DNA of 64,000 nucleotides. Source: Candidatus Tectimicrobiota bacterium. Lineage in GTDB: Bacteria; JACPUC01. The stretch covers positions 1 to 64,000 of the forward strand of contig JACPUC010000018.1 of the NCBI GenBank assembly GCA_016192455.1, read 5' to 3'. Below, one piece after another: positions 31,962-41,592 of the stretch. A model generated the notes under the pieces. It did not search any database. It was not told the origin of the DNA and was given only the letters and a program-made list of their open reading frames with translations. Positions within the stretch are counted from its first letter, which is position 1, and every line of letters starts with the position of its first letter. The translations under genes were made by a program, and so were the position numbers.

Positions 31962-33266
31962 ATGGCGACGGTGCAGATCACCACCCTCGGCTGCAAGCTG
32001 AACCAGTTCGAGTCCGCCGCCATGGCGACGAGCCTCGAGCAGGCGGGGCATACCCTCGCCGACTCCGCCGAGACGGCCGACGTCTACGTCATCAACACCT
32101 GCACCGTCACCGAGCGCAGCGACGCGAAGTCGCGCAACATCGTGCGCCGGGCGCTGCGCGCCAACCCCTCCGGCTTCGTGGCGGCGGTGGGGTGCTACGC
32201 GCAGACGAAGCCGCAGGACCTTGCCGAGATTGCCGGCGTTGACCTCGTCCTCGGCAACCAGGAAAAGCTGCGTCTCGCCGCCTATCTGACGCATCTGGAG
32301 AAGCGCCGCGCGCCGCGGGTGGAGGTCGGCGCGCTGCGGCCGGGGCTGGAGTTCCAGAAGGTGACGGTGCCCGCGCCGGGGGAGCGCACGCGGGCCTACC
32401 TGAAGATTCAGGACGGCTGCAGCGAGGCCTGCGCCTTCTGCGTCACCGTCAAGGCGCGCGGTCCCAGCCGCAGCCTGCCCGGGCCCGAGGTGCTCCGCCA
32501 GGCGGCCATGCTGGCGCGGCAGGGCTATCAGGAGATCATCCTCACCGGCGTGAACCTGGGCGAGTACGGGCGCGACCTCGATCCCCCCACGCACCTCGCC
32601 GCCATCGTGCAGCGCCTGGCGACGCTCGATGGGATCGAACGCATCCGGCTCAGCTCGCTTGCCCCCTCCGAGTTCACCCCCGAGATCCTCGACCTCATCG
32701 TCTCCTGCGAGAAGGTCTGCAAGCACCTCCATATCCCCATCCAGAGCGGCGACGACGCCGTGCTCCGCAGCATGCGGCGGAGCTACACCACCGCCGAGGT
32801 GCGCGAGCTCCTCGCCACCTTGACGAGCGCCCTGCCCACCATGAGCATCGGCTCCGATGTCATTGTCGGGTTCCCCGGCGAGAGTGAGCAGCACTTCGAG
32901 AACAGCTACCGCTTCTTCGCCGAGCTGCCGCTCAACTACCTGCACGTCTTCCCGTACTCGAAGCGCGAGGGAACCGAGGCCTTCATCCTGCCCGGCCAGG
33001 TGTCGGAAGCCGTGAAGAAGCAGCGCAGCCAGCGCCTGCAGGCTCTCGGCAAGACGAAGAGCGCCGCCTTCGCGCGGCGTCTCATGGGCGGGCGGCTGCG
33101 GGTGCTCACGGAGCACCAGCGGGACGCCGAGAGTGGGCTGTTGCGGGGCGTGTCGGAGAACTACATCAAGGTGCTCTTCCCCGGCCCGGATGCGCTCTTT
33201 CGCCAACTCGCCCACGTGCAGCTCGTTGGTTGGCGGAACGGGCACGCCGTCGGCATGCTGGTGTAG
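31962..33266 (+). CDS. mtaB: tRNA ms2t6A37 methylthiotransferase
   Basis: TLGCKLNQFES, INTCTVT, KIQDGCSEACAFC and HVFPYSKREGT motifs. Confidence 0.93.
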   Translation: MATVQITTLGCKLNQFESAAMATSLEQAGHTLADSAETADVYVINTCTVTERSDAKSRNIVRRALRANPSGFVAAVGCYAQTKPQDLAEIAGVDLVLGNQEKLRLAAYLTHLEKRRAPRVEVGALRPGLEFQKVTVPAPGERTRAYLKIQDGCSEACAFCVTVKARGPSRSLPGPEVLRQAAMLARQGYQEIILTGVNLGEYGRDLDPPTHLAAIVQRLATLDGIERIRLSSLAPSEFTPEILDLIVSCEKVCKHLHIPIQSGDDAVLRSMRRSYTTAEVRELLATLTSALPTMSIGSDVIVGFPGESEQHFENSYRFFAELPLNYLHVFPYSKREGTEAFILPGQVSEAVKKQRSQRLQALGKTKSAAFARRLMGGRLRVLTEHQRDAESGLLRGVSENYIKVLFPGPDALFRQLAHVQLVGWRNGHAVGMLV

Positions 33267-33429
33267 CGCTGCCAGGCAGGCTGCCAGGGCGTCGCAGGGA
33301 GGGCCGGCGGAGCGGAAGGGGGTGCGTGTTGGGCGGCCGGACGGCGGCGGGGAGATTTGTGGTCGGCGCGGCGGCAGCGCCCGCGCGGCCACGGCTTCGC
33401 TTCTGCCGCAGTGAAGAGGCTGGACAGCC

Positions 33430-34227
33430 ATGACAAAAGTGGACTACCCGATCATCACCCTGACGACGGACTTCGGCCTCGAGGGGCCGTTCATCGCCAC
33501 CATGAAGGGTGTGATCCTGACCATCAACCCACAGGTCACGATCGTCGATGTGACGCACCAGATCCGCACCCACCGCGTGCGCGAAGCCGCCTTCCTCATC
33601 CGCAGCGTGGAACCTTACTTCCCGCGCAACAGCCTACACGTGGTGGTGGTTGATCCCGGCGTGGGAAGCGAGCGCCGGCCGCTCCTCGTGGTCACCGAAC
33701 GGAGCATGCTGGTGGGACCGGACAACGGCGTCCTCTCACCGTTCTTCAGGGACGAGGGGTGCCGGGTCTACCACATCACGGCGGAGAAGTTTTTCCTCAG
33801 CCCCGTGAGCGCCACCTTCCATGGCCGGGATATCTTCGCACCGTGCGCCGCCTGGCTCTCGACCGGGATCAAGCCGGTTGCGGTCGGCCCGGAGGTGCAC
33901 GACCCGGTGCGTCTCGACCTGCCGATCCCGCATCGCGTCGACGACGGCGCCATCCGCGGCGAAATCCTCTACATTGACCACTTCGGCAACCTCATCACCA
34001 ACATCTCCGCTGATCTCCTGCGGGAGAGCAACCTGCCCTCCCCCGTCGTCCGCCTGGCCCAGCACCGGGTGCGCGGCGGCCTGCGCTGCTACGAGGAATG
34101 CCCCCCCGGCAGCCTCGGCGCGCTCATCAATAGCTGGGGTCTCCTAGAAATCTTCGCGCCGCAGCAGAATGCGGCGAAGCTCCTCAATGTGGACGTCGGC
34201 GAGCCCGTGCGCGTTGAGGCGGCTTGA
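33430..34227 (+). CDS. SAM hydroxide adenosyltransferase (DUF62 family)
   Basis: TLTTDFG, VVDPGVGSER, GPDNG, TFHGRDIFAP and IDHFGN motifs. Confidence 0.92.
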   Translation: MTKVDYPIITLTTDFGLEGPFIATMKGVILTINPQVTIVDVTHQIRTHRVREAAFLIRSVEPYFPRNSLHVVVVDPGVGSERRPLLVVTERSMLVGPDNGVLSPFFRDEGCRVYHITAEKFFLSPVSATFHGRDIFAPCAAWLSTGIKPVAVGPEVHDPVRLDLPIPHRVDDGAIRGEILYIDHFGNLITNISADLLRESNLPSPVVRLAQHRVRGGLRCYEECPPGSLGALINSWGLLEIFAPQQNAAKLLNVDVGEPVRVEAA

Positions 34228-34399
34228 CGCCGCCATGTCGGAAGGACTCGACCCCCCCCCGGCCTCCACGCCGCCGGCGATCTGCCTCCTCCTCCCTGCT
34301 TCGATGTACGCGGCACGGCCGCCTGCCAGCCCGCCTCTCTCCCGCCGGCGGTCTGTTCCACGTCGTCTGTCGCGGGAATCCATTTCAGACCTACCCGCA

Positions 34400-37300
34400 T
34401 CAGTTGTTTTGCGGCAGGAGACGGGAGGGGAGCTGAAAGAAGCGCTTGAAGATGTTGAGAACGCCGCGGCCAAGGTGCTCGAACGGCGTCGGTGTCACCT
34501 TCGGGTTTTGCAGGGAACCTTCGACCCTGAAGTAGCTCACCAGCAGGCGCCGGTTGTCGCCGGTGAGGATGTGCCCAAGGATGGGAAGCTTGCTGATGAT
34601 CTTGTCGACCGTTTGCAACCACTGCACGCCGACGTCCAGTCGCAGGTCCAACGTGTCGAGGTTCACCGAGCCGACGGCGGTCGCCTTCGCCGCGGCGCTC
34701 TCCAAGGCGACGGTGGTCGTCTCCGCCACACCCTCCCGCAGCGTGAAGGAGCCGCCGAGGCGCTCATACGGGAGGCCACGGGCCGCCAGCGCGGGAGTCT
34801 TGCCTTCAAGGAGCTGCCAGAGGTTCAAGAGACTCAAAATCTTCCCGATCGTGGAGTAGCGCTGGATGTGGCCATTCGTGGCGGTGAGCGTCAGCTCGCC
34901 GTTCAGCGTGCGCGTGGCGCTCCCCTCGATGGTGAAACGTCCGGCCAGCTTCCCCTGGGCGGCCAGCCGTCCTTGCAGGACGTCGCCACGCATCCAGACG
35001 TCCTCCAGCAGAGCTTCACTGGAGACGTCGCTGAGGTTCAGGTCGACCTCGAACGTCTGCTCGGCACGTTTTTGGAGGTGGAGGATCGAGCTCCCCGCGA
35101 AGGTGCCGCCGTAAAACGCCGCCGTGAGGTTGGCGAGGTGCAGGTCGCCGCCGCGAACCTCGAGGGCGCCGGTGAGGTTCTGGAAGACGTAGCGCTTGAT
35201 CTCGCCCTGCTGGACCCGCAGGCTGCCCCGCAGCTTCCAGGCCTCCGGCAGGATCATCCAGTAGCTTCGTTCGAGCCGTCGGGCATGCCTTTTCACCAGG
35301 CTGATCTCCGCGCGCAGGTACTTCGACTTGGCGCGCGGCGGGGGGAGCAGCTCGTCGATGACGGCGCGCACGCGCTGGTAGTTTACCGACGGCGAGGGGG
35401 TGCGGTAACCGGGGAGGGTGCCCGACAGACGCAGCTCGGTGCCTCCCACCAGGACGTGCAGATTCGAGAGCCGCAGCTCGTTGTTAGAGAGCGTTGCCGC
35501 CAGCTCGAAGTCGATGGGGCGGGGCTCCTCGCCGGGGCGTTCTGGCTGCTGGACCAGCCGCCCGCGCGGCACCACCACGGTGCTCTCGAAGCGCAGGCTG
35601 GCATCCTGCGGCGAATGACCCGGCGGGGTGGGGAGGCTTGGAGTGCGAGGCGCTTGGTGCTGTGGCGGCGAGCGCTCGACGAGGACGGAGCCGCTCACCA
35701 TCCCGGCCGCGCGATAGGCATGCGAGCCTTGCAGAAACGGCAGCAGCTCGTCAAAGCGCCAGCCATCGGTGTGCAGCCGGAGCCGCAGCGCCAGGGGATG
35801 GAACGTCGAGATGACCCCGCTGCCACTCAGGATGCCCGACATGGTTCGGAACCTGAGCGATTTCAGGACCGCGGACTCACCGGCGGTGATCTGGCCCTCC
35901 AGCTCGAGGCGGTTCGCGACGCCGGCCTCCTTCCTCATCCAGGTGCTGAACGTATAGCCGACGTTCTTGAGATCGACCGCCGACTCCACCCGCACGGAGG
36001 TTCCCTGACCCCGCAGTTGCAACCTGAGGTCGGGACGCCCCGTCATGGTCAGCGGCGGCGCCGTGTCGCCTGGCAGGAGCGCGAGGACGTCCCCGAGGTG
36101 CAGCGGCGCCTGCAGGTACAGCTCCCAGGGTCCGGCGTAGCGTCCCCTGGCGGTGAACGCGGTGCTCCCGAACGCGCCGGTCACCCCCGTTAGGGTGAGC
36201 GCGGCGTTCGAGAACTCAAAGGCGCCGCTCAGCGTGGCGAGAGGCAGCTTGAGCCGTGGATACTTCCCACCCAGGTCGACAAACCGCCCCGTCCCGTGAA
36301 CCACCACCACCTCCTTCGGTGCCAACACCTTGCGGACCTGCAACGCCAGGGTGAGCCCTCCCGTCGCCTGGTTGATCGTGGCGGCCTCACGCCGCACGGC
36401 CGCGGGAACGTGGCGGGAGCGACTCAGACGAAGCGCGTCGGGCAGTGTCATGCTGGTGCTGAGCTGGAGATCGAACACGGACGGCCCTTCCAGCTCCTGC
36501 CGCAGGGCCAGGAACCAATCGAGCCCCGGCGCGGCAGGCGCCTGGCTCAAAGGGCTTGGCGAGGTGAGAAACTTTCCATAGCTCCCCTGCATCTCGAGTG
36601 GGATGCCTCCCAGGTGCGCTCGCAGAGCGGAGGTGGCTACGAAGTCGTTGTGGAAGCGGATCTCTCCTGAAAGATGCTCGATTGGTTGATTCAGGGTGAC
36701 CTGGAAGAGTGACGCGTTGGTGAGAGGTCCACGCCCTTCGAACACCCATGGCGTGTCCACCCCCAGCCGTTTCATGGCCTTCAGCTCAAGGATGCTGCGA
36801 CCTTTCAGGTCGCGCAGCGTCTCCACGAAGGCGCGCACCTTGGGACTCTTGTGCTTGCTGCGAAAGAGCTCGCGCAGTTCCTGGAGGTCGACGTCGGCGC
36901 GCGTGCTCAGCCGCAAGAGGGGTTTGGAGAAGAGCTGCCACACAGTTCCCTGGAGTTGCGTCAAGCGTAGGTCGCCGATCCGCGCCGTCACCTCCGCGAA
37001 CCGCAGCGTGTCGCCTTCGATGCGCAGCTCACCGGTGAGGGCGTCGACGGGCACACGCTCCTCGCCGGAGATGAGGGAGACGTTGGTGAGGCGCGCGCGC
37101 GCCTGGAACTGTTCCGGATTGCGGAGTTCCATCTTGCCGAAGAGAGCGGCGGGTTGGCCGCGCAGGTGCAACTCCTCGATGGCGACGGTGCCGGCCTTGA
37201 GGTCGTTGTCGAGGTCGTCAACAAGCTTCGCCGGCATGAGCCGCACGGGCAGGAGCTGCTTCAGTTCGGCAAGGTCCAGCGTCGGGATGCGCAGCGTGGC

Positions 37301-38629
37301 GTCCAGCCGGCGTTGGGAGCTGGCGAATTCCTCCAGGCGCGCCTTCGCCTCGATGCGGAGGTGCTGCAGGTCGAGGCGGGCATCGCTCAGGCGCAGGGTT
37401 GCGCCCTCGCGCTCCAAGCGCAGCGTCAGCGCTGCACGCGGGAAGCTGAGCGGGCCGCGGAACCAGCCGGGGTGCTGGAGGCGCAGCGGGCCAGCGGTGA
37501 CCGCGAGCGAGGAGGTGAAGCGATTGAGGGGGCGACCCGCGAATTTCGCCTGCAGGGTTACCGTTCCCGTGGCAAAGGACGACGGCAGCCCTTGTGGCAG
37601 CAGGGGTTCCCAGTAGGGCGCAAAGCGCGACAGGGAGAAGTTCCCGACCTCCAGCTCGGCGGAGAGTTCCGCCCGGGCAAGATCGAAGCGTCCCCCCAGG
37701 GCGGCGTTCAGGTCGGCCAACCAGGCCGCGGCTGGAGAGGCAGGCGGGGCGGCGTCGGGAGCGGCGCCCGCGGCGGCCTCCGGCGGGCTGGCGGGGAGGG
37801 CGCCCGGAGAAGGCGGGGGGGCGCCGGCTGGCGCGGCATTTGCGCGAGTCGGGGAGTCGCCGTCGGGACGGAGAGCCAGGTCGAGCGTGAGGGGCGAGTG
37901 CTGCGCCCCGGCCTCGAGCGTGCCGCGCAGTCTGAGTCGCGGGTGCTTCGTTCCGGACGGCGGCGACTCCCCCGGCGTGACCCCCGAGAGCGCCAACTCA
38001 AGGTCTGCGAGTCGCACGTCGCGGGGTTCGCGGGAATCCCTGCGGTCAGTGAACGTGAGATTCCCCTTGTGGACCCTCAGTTCTCCCAGGTGCAGGGCGG
38101 TGAGCCATCCTCCGAGGTTCTGGAGCACCGCCGCGGGTGCCGCGGGGGGCGGGGCGGTCCCGGTAGTCGAGGTCGGCGATTGGTCCGCCGGCGCGGCGGG
38201 CGCGGGGGAGGTCCGTTGCCCTTCCACGATCCCCGGGGGTCCCAGGCTCCATCGGCCATCTGCGAGACGCGCGAGGTGCATCTCCGGCTTCACCAGGCTG
38301 ACGCGCGTGAAGACGAACTCGCCGTGCAGCAGAGGGCGCGGTTTGATTCCGAGGCGCAGCTCGCTCATCCGCAGAAAAGGAGCCTCCGCCCCAGGCAGGC
38401 TGAGGCGCACATCCCGAAACCGCACCGCCATTCCGGTATCGTAGCTCAGGCTCACATCGCCCAGCTCAACCTTGAGGTTGAAGGACTTCTCAAGCTGCGC
38501 CACCAGGTAGCTCTTGTAGGTATTGAGATCAAGCAGCGTCGGCAGCACCACCCAGGCCGCAATGAGGCCCAGGGCCAGGACGGCGCCGAGAGCCAGGAGC
38601 ACGCGGGTGCGCGGAAAAGTCGGGGCTAT
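34400..38629 (-). CDS. AsmA/YhdP-like large envelope (lipid-bridge) protein
   Basis: N-terminal TM helix then LDLNTYK; about 1400 aa of beta-rich sequence; C-terminal SKLPILGHIL...YFRVEGSLQNPKV; start either GTG 38602 or ATA 38629. Confidence 0.85.
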   Translation of the reverse strand: MAPTFPRTRVLLALGAVLALGLIAAWVVLPTLLDLNTYKSYLVAQLEKSFNLKVELGDVSLSYDTGMAVRFRDVRLSLPGAEAPFLRMSELRLGIKPRPLLHGEFVFTRVSLVKPEMHLARLADGRWSLGPPGIVEGQRTSPAPAAPADQSPTSTTGTAPPPAAPAAVLQNLGGWLTALHLGELRVHKGNLTFTDRRDSREPRDVRLADLELALSGVTPGESPPSGTKHPRLRLRGTLEAGAQHSPLTLDLALRPDGDSPTRANAAPAGAPPPSPGALPASPPEAAAGAAPDAAPPASPAAAWLADLNAALGGRFDLARAELSAELEVGNFSLSRFAPYWEPLLPQGLPSSFATGTVTLQAKFAGRPLNRFTSSLAVTAGPLRLQHPGWFRGPLSFPRAALTLRLEREGATLRLSDARLDLQHLRIEAKARLEEFASSQRRLDATLRIPTLDLAELKQLLPVRLMPAKLVDDLDNDLKAGTVAIEELHLRGQPAALFGKMELRNPEQFQARARLTNVSLISGEERVPVDALTGELRIEGDTLRFAEVTARIGDLRLTQLQGTVWQLFSKPLLRLSTRADVDLQELRELFRSKHKSPKVRAFVETLRDLKGRSILELKAMKRLGVDTPWVFEGRGPLTNASLFQVTLNQPIEHLSGEIRFHNDFVATSALRAHLGGIPLEMQGSYGKFLTSPSPLSQAPAAPGLDWFLALRQELEGPSVFDLQLSTSMTLPDALRLSRSRHVPAAVRREAATINQATGGLTLALQVRKVLAPKEVVVVHGTGRFVDLGGKYPRLKLPLATLSGAFEFSNAALTLTGVTGAFGSTAFTARGRYAGPWELYLQAPLHLGDVLALLPGDTAPPLTMTGRPDLRLQLRGQGTSVRVESAVDLKNVGYTFSTWMRKEAGVANRLELEGQITAGESAVLKSLRFRTMSGILSGSGVISTFHPLALRLRLHTDGWRFDELLPFLQGSHAYRAAGMVSGSVLVERSPPQHQAPRTPSLPTPPGHSPQDASLRFESTVVVPRGRLVQQPERPGEEPRPIDFELAATLSNNELRLSNLHVLVGGTELRLSGTLPGYRTPSPSVNYQRVRAVIDELLPPPRAKSKYLRAEISLVKRHARRLERSYWMILPEAWKLRGSLRVQQGEIKRYVFQNLTGALEVRGGDLHLANLTAAFYGGTFAGSSILHLQKRAEQTFEVDLNLSDVSSEALLEDVWMRGDVLQGRLAAQGKLAGRFTIEGSATRTLNGELTLTATNGHIQRYSTIGKILSLLNLWQLLEGKTPALAARGLPYERLGGSFTLREGVAETTTVALESAAAKATAVGSVNLDTLDLRLDVGVQWLQTVDKIISKLPILGHILTGDNRRLLVSYFRVEGSLQNPKVTPTPFEHLGRGVLNIFKRFFQLPSRLLPQNN

Positions 38630-38952
38630 GTCATGATCCTCCGGAAGAGTCCTGCTTGCCGCGGGCTGAGCAGCGGCGATGGAGTGAACAAGGCCGGCGG
38701 GCGAGGGAGAGCCGTGCGGGGCGGTGTCCGAGCCGGCCTCTGCGCGGCGGCCGCGATGAAGCCGGTGCGGCGCCGCGTCTCCTTCGGTGCCGCGGGGTGG
38801 TCAGGTTGGCGCCTACGCTCCTCGCCGGGCCCGGAGGGAGGAGGAATGACGCGCGGGACCAGCTCTCCGTGGCGCGCGGTTGACAGGCCGCGAGATGGCG
38901 CGACCCCGGCGCGGCGGCGTACCGCGTTCCCTCCCGCGCGCGAGGTGTGGGG

Positions 38953-40152
38953 ATGAGCGGCTTGCCGCACCAGGGAGCGGTCGGGCAGGTTGTCCTCTTC
39001 CACGCCGGGGCGATCGGCGATCTCCTCCTTTCGCGCGGGGTGCTCCTGGCGCTGCGGCAGACCCTGCCGCAGGCAACCTGGGAAGCTATCGGGTATCCTG
39101 AGCGCTTGCTCCTGCTACAGGACGAGCTTCGGCTCGCTCGCGCCGCCAGCTTCGATGCGGCATGGGTGCCGCGCTACCTCCGCGATCCCGCCGCCTGCCT
39201 CGACGCGCCGGCGGCGCTGCGGCAGCCGGGAACCCTCATCGTCAGCTTCGTCGATGGCATCCCCCCGGCAGGGGTGCCCAACCCCGTGGTGCGCCTGCGC
39301 GTCACCCCCGGACCGGCGGCGCTCTCCCCGCCGCGTTCCTCAATCGAGCGAGCGTCACGGCTCCCTGCGGAGTCAAGCCGGGGAAACGAACCGCGTCCGC
39401 CGCAGCAGAGAGAAGCTCCGCAGCATGTGAGCTCGCTCCTGCGGCAGCAGCTTGCGGCCTGCGGCGTTGTTCCCAACCTCGCCGCGGCGTCGGCCGCCGG
39501 CGCTGGGCCGGCAACGCCGCCTCCCCTGCGCTTCTCGACTGGCGCGCGGCAGGCGGCTTCGGCCTGGCTGCGGCAGAGGGGGATCCCGGGGCTCGCCGCC
39601 GGTGCAATCCCCGACCGGCCCATCGTTGCCCTTCACCCCGGCAGCGGCTCGGTCCAGAAGTGTTGGCCGGTCGAGCGCTTCGCTCTCCTGGCGGGGTGGC
39701 TGCGCCGGCAGTGCGGGGCGCGCCTGATCGTCTGTCTCGGACCGGCGGAGACCGAGCGTCTGGAGCCGCGGCAGTGGAACCTCGCCGAGGCCGACATCCT
39801 GCCTGCCGTGGCTCCTCCCCTCGACGTCCTCGGAGCCCTCCTGCGCCGCTGCCACCTCTTCATCGGCAACGACTCAGGGATCGCCCACCTGGCCGCCGCC
39901 GCCGGCTGTCCCAGCGTGGTCCTCTTCGGGGTCACGGACTGGCGCATCTGGCGGCCCCTGGGATCTCATGTCCATTGTATCGCTGCCGAGGGCGAAGCGC
40001 CAACGACGGACTGGCGCGGCGTTGACCCGGCGGCGGCGAGGGTGATCATGGAGCGCATCCCCATCGATCGGGTCTGCGAGCTGGTGGCGGGGCTCGATCG
40101 ACAGCTCCTTGCCGAGTTGTGGCGGGAGCGCCTGCTGGAGGATCGCCTCTGA
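38953..40152 (+). CDS. Glycosyltransferase family 9 (heptosyltransferase-like)
   Basis: GAIGDLL, LHPGSGSVQKCWP and FIGNDSGIAHLAAA...LFG motifs. Confidence 0.88.
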   Translation: MSGLPHQGAVGQVVLFHAGAIGDLLLSRGVLLALRQTLPQATWEAIGYPERLLLLQDELRLARAASFDAAWVPRYLRDPAACLDAPAALRQPGTLIVSFVDGIPPAGVPNPVVRLRVTPGPAALSPPRSSIERASRLPAESSRGNEPRPPQQREAPQHVSSLLRQQLAACGVVPNLAAASAAGAGPATPPPLRFSTGARQAASAWLRQRGIPGLAAGAIPDRPIVALHPGSGSVQKCWPVERFALLAGWLRRQCGARLIVCLGPAETERLEPRQWNLAEADILPAVAPPLDVLGALLRRCHLFIGNDSGIAHLAAAAGCPSVVLFGVTDWRIWRPLGSHVHCIAAEGEAPTTDWRGVDPAAARVIMERIPIDRVCELVAGLDRQLLAELWRERLLEDRL

Positions 40153-40252
40153 GTGGCCGCCAGGGAGCCGAGCTGCGGACAACGCCGCGCAGACCGAACG
40201 TCGGCGGCGGCCTTAGGCGCTCGATCCTTGGGATGGCGTGCTCGGGCCTCCC

Positions 40253-41344
40253 CTAGACGTTGAACCGAATGGTGATGACATCGCCATCGGCCACCACGTA
40301 CTCCTTACCCTCCATACGCAGCAGAGCGTGCTTGCGTGCTTCCGCCAGGGAGCCGAGGCGGAGCAGCTCCGGGCAGGGCACCACCTCCGCGCGGATGAAG
40401 CCTCGTTCGAGATCGGAATGAATCGTTCCCGCCGCCTTGGTGGCCGCGGCGCCCGCCGGCAGCAGCCAGGCCTTCACCTCATCCTCGCCGACGGTATAGA
40501 AGGTGATCAGCCCGAGGGCTTCAAGCGATGCTTGGAGGAGGGCGGCGCGCGCCGTCCGGGTGATGCCGAGTTCTTCCATGAAGAGAGCTGCATCGTCCGG
40601 TTCAAGTTGCTGCAGCTCGAGTTCCAGCTTGCCGCAGAGGACACAGAGGTGATCGGGCGGCGCCAGGACCGGTTGGAGCGTGGCCGTCACCGCCCTGCCT
40701 CGATCCTCTTGCTGGAGGGCTTCAGAGATGTTCAGCACGACCACCTGCGGCTTGGCCGAGAGGAGGCCGAAGCCGCGCAGCCGCGCCTGCTGAGCTTCGG
40801 TAAACCTGTGCCGCCGCAGTGGCAGGCCGTCTCCCAGCAGCACGGCGCAGTGCTCCAAAATCTCGATTTCCTCGGCTTCGACGGCCTTATCCCCCTTGGC
40901 GCGTCTCGCCTGCAGGCGTTCCAGGCGGCGCTCGACCACCTGGAGGTCCGAGAGGACAAGTTCCGTCGTCAGATCGGCGTAATCGCGCCCCGGGTCGACG
41001 GACCCTGCCGGGTGTGGCGCCAGCTCCGACTCGAAGGCGCGCACCACGTGCACCAGGGCATCGATCCCCTGGTAGGCCGACATGAGCTGGTCACCGCGGC
41101 TCTTCACGCCGGCGCCGAAGAGCGTCCCCTCCACATCGACGAACTCAATGGCGGCATGGGTGCTCTTCTTCGGATCGTAGAGCGCGGCCAGCGCCTCCAC
41201 CTGCTCGTCGGGAACCTTCACCGTCGCCAGGTGCAGGCGCACGGCTCCCTGCTGCTGCCGTGTGGGGGAGGAGTCGGGAGGTCGGAGGGCTTCAAAGATC
41301 GTCGTTTTGCCGCTGTTCGGCAAGCCGATGAAGGCGATGCGCAT
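40253..41344 (-). CDS. ychF: YchF/Obg-family ribosome-binding ATPase
   Basis: GLPNSGKTT, VKVPD, HVVRAF, AGTIHSDLERGFIRAE and EGKEYVVADGD motifs. Confidence 0.9.
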   Translation of the reverse strand: MRIAFIGLPNSGKTTIFEALRPPDSSPTRQQQGAVRLHLATVKVPDEQVEALAALYDPKKSTHAAIEFVDVEGTLFGAGVKSRGDQLMSAYQGIDALVHVVRAFESELAPHPAGSVDPGRDYADLTTELVLSDLQVVERRLERLQARRAKGDKAVEAEEIEILEHCAVLLGDGLPLRRHRFTEAQQARLRGFGLLSAKPQVVVLNISEALQQEDRGRAVTATLQPVLAPPDHLCVLCGKLELELQQLEPDDAALFMEELGITRTARAALLQASLEALGLITFYTVGEDEVKAWLLPAGAAATKAAGTIHSDLERGFIRAEVVPCPELLRLGSLAEARKHALLRMEGKEYVVADGDVITIRFNV

Positions 41345-41592
41345 GACTCGGCCTCTCTCTTCATTGTTCTTGTCCGCGGCGCCGTGGCGCAGGGCCCGGC
41401 CTCGCGTCCACCCCAAGGGTGGCCGCCCAACCTCCGCACCTTCCCCCTTCAGCTCCCAAGCAGATTTCCCGCCAACCCTGAGGTCGGCGCGCAGCCGGCC
41501 CTGCGGCGCCTGCCGCCCTACTTCCGCCGCGCCGTAGCCCGCGCGCGCGCCATCCCCGTGCACTTGCCGGGCAGGATAAGGGCGATGGCGCC

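Noticed and set aside
33430-34227. Fluorinase or chlorinase
   Set aside because: The HGRD motif and housekeeping context fit the common DUF62 SAM hydrolases; nothing supports halogenase activity.
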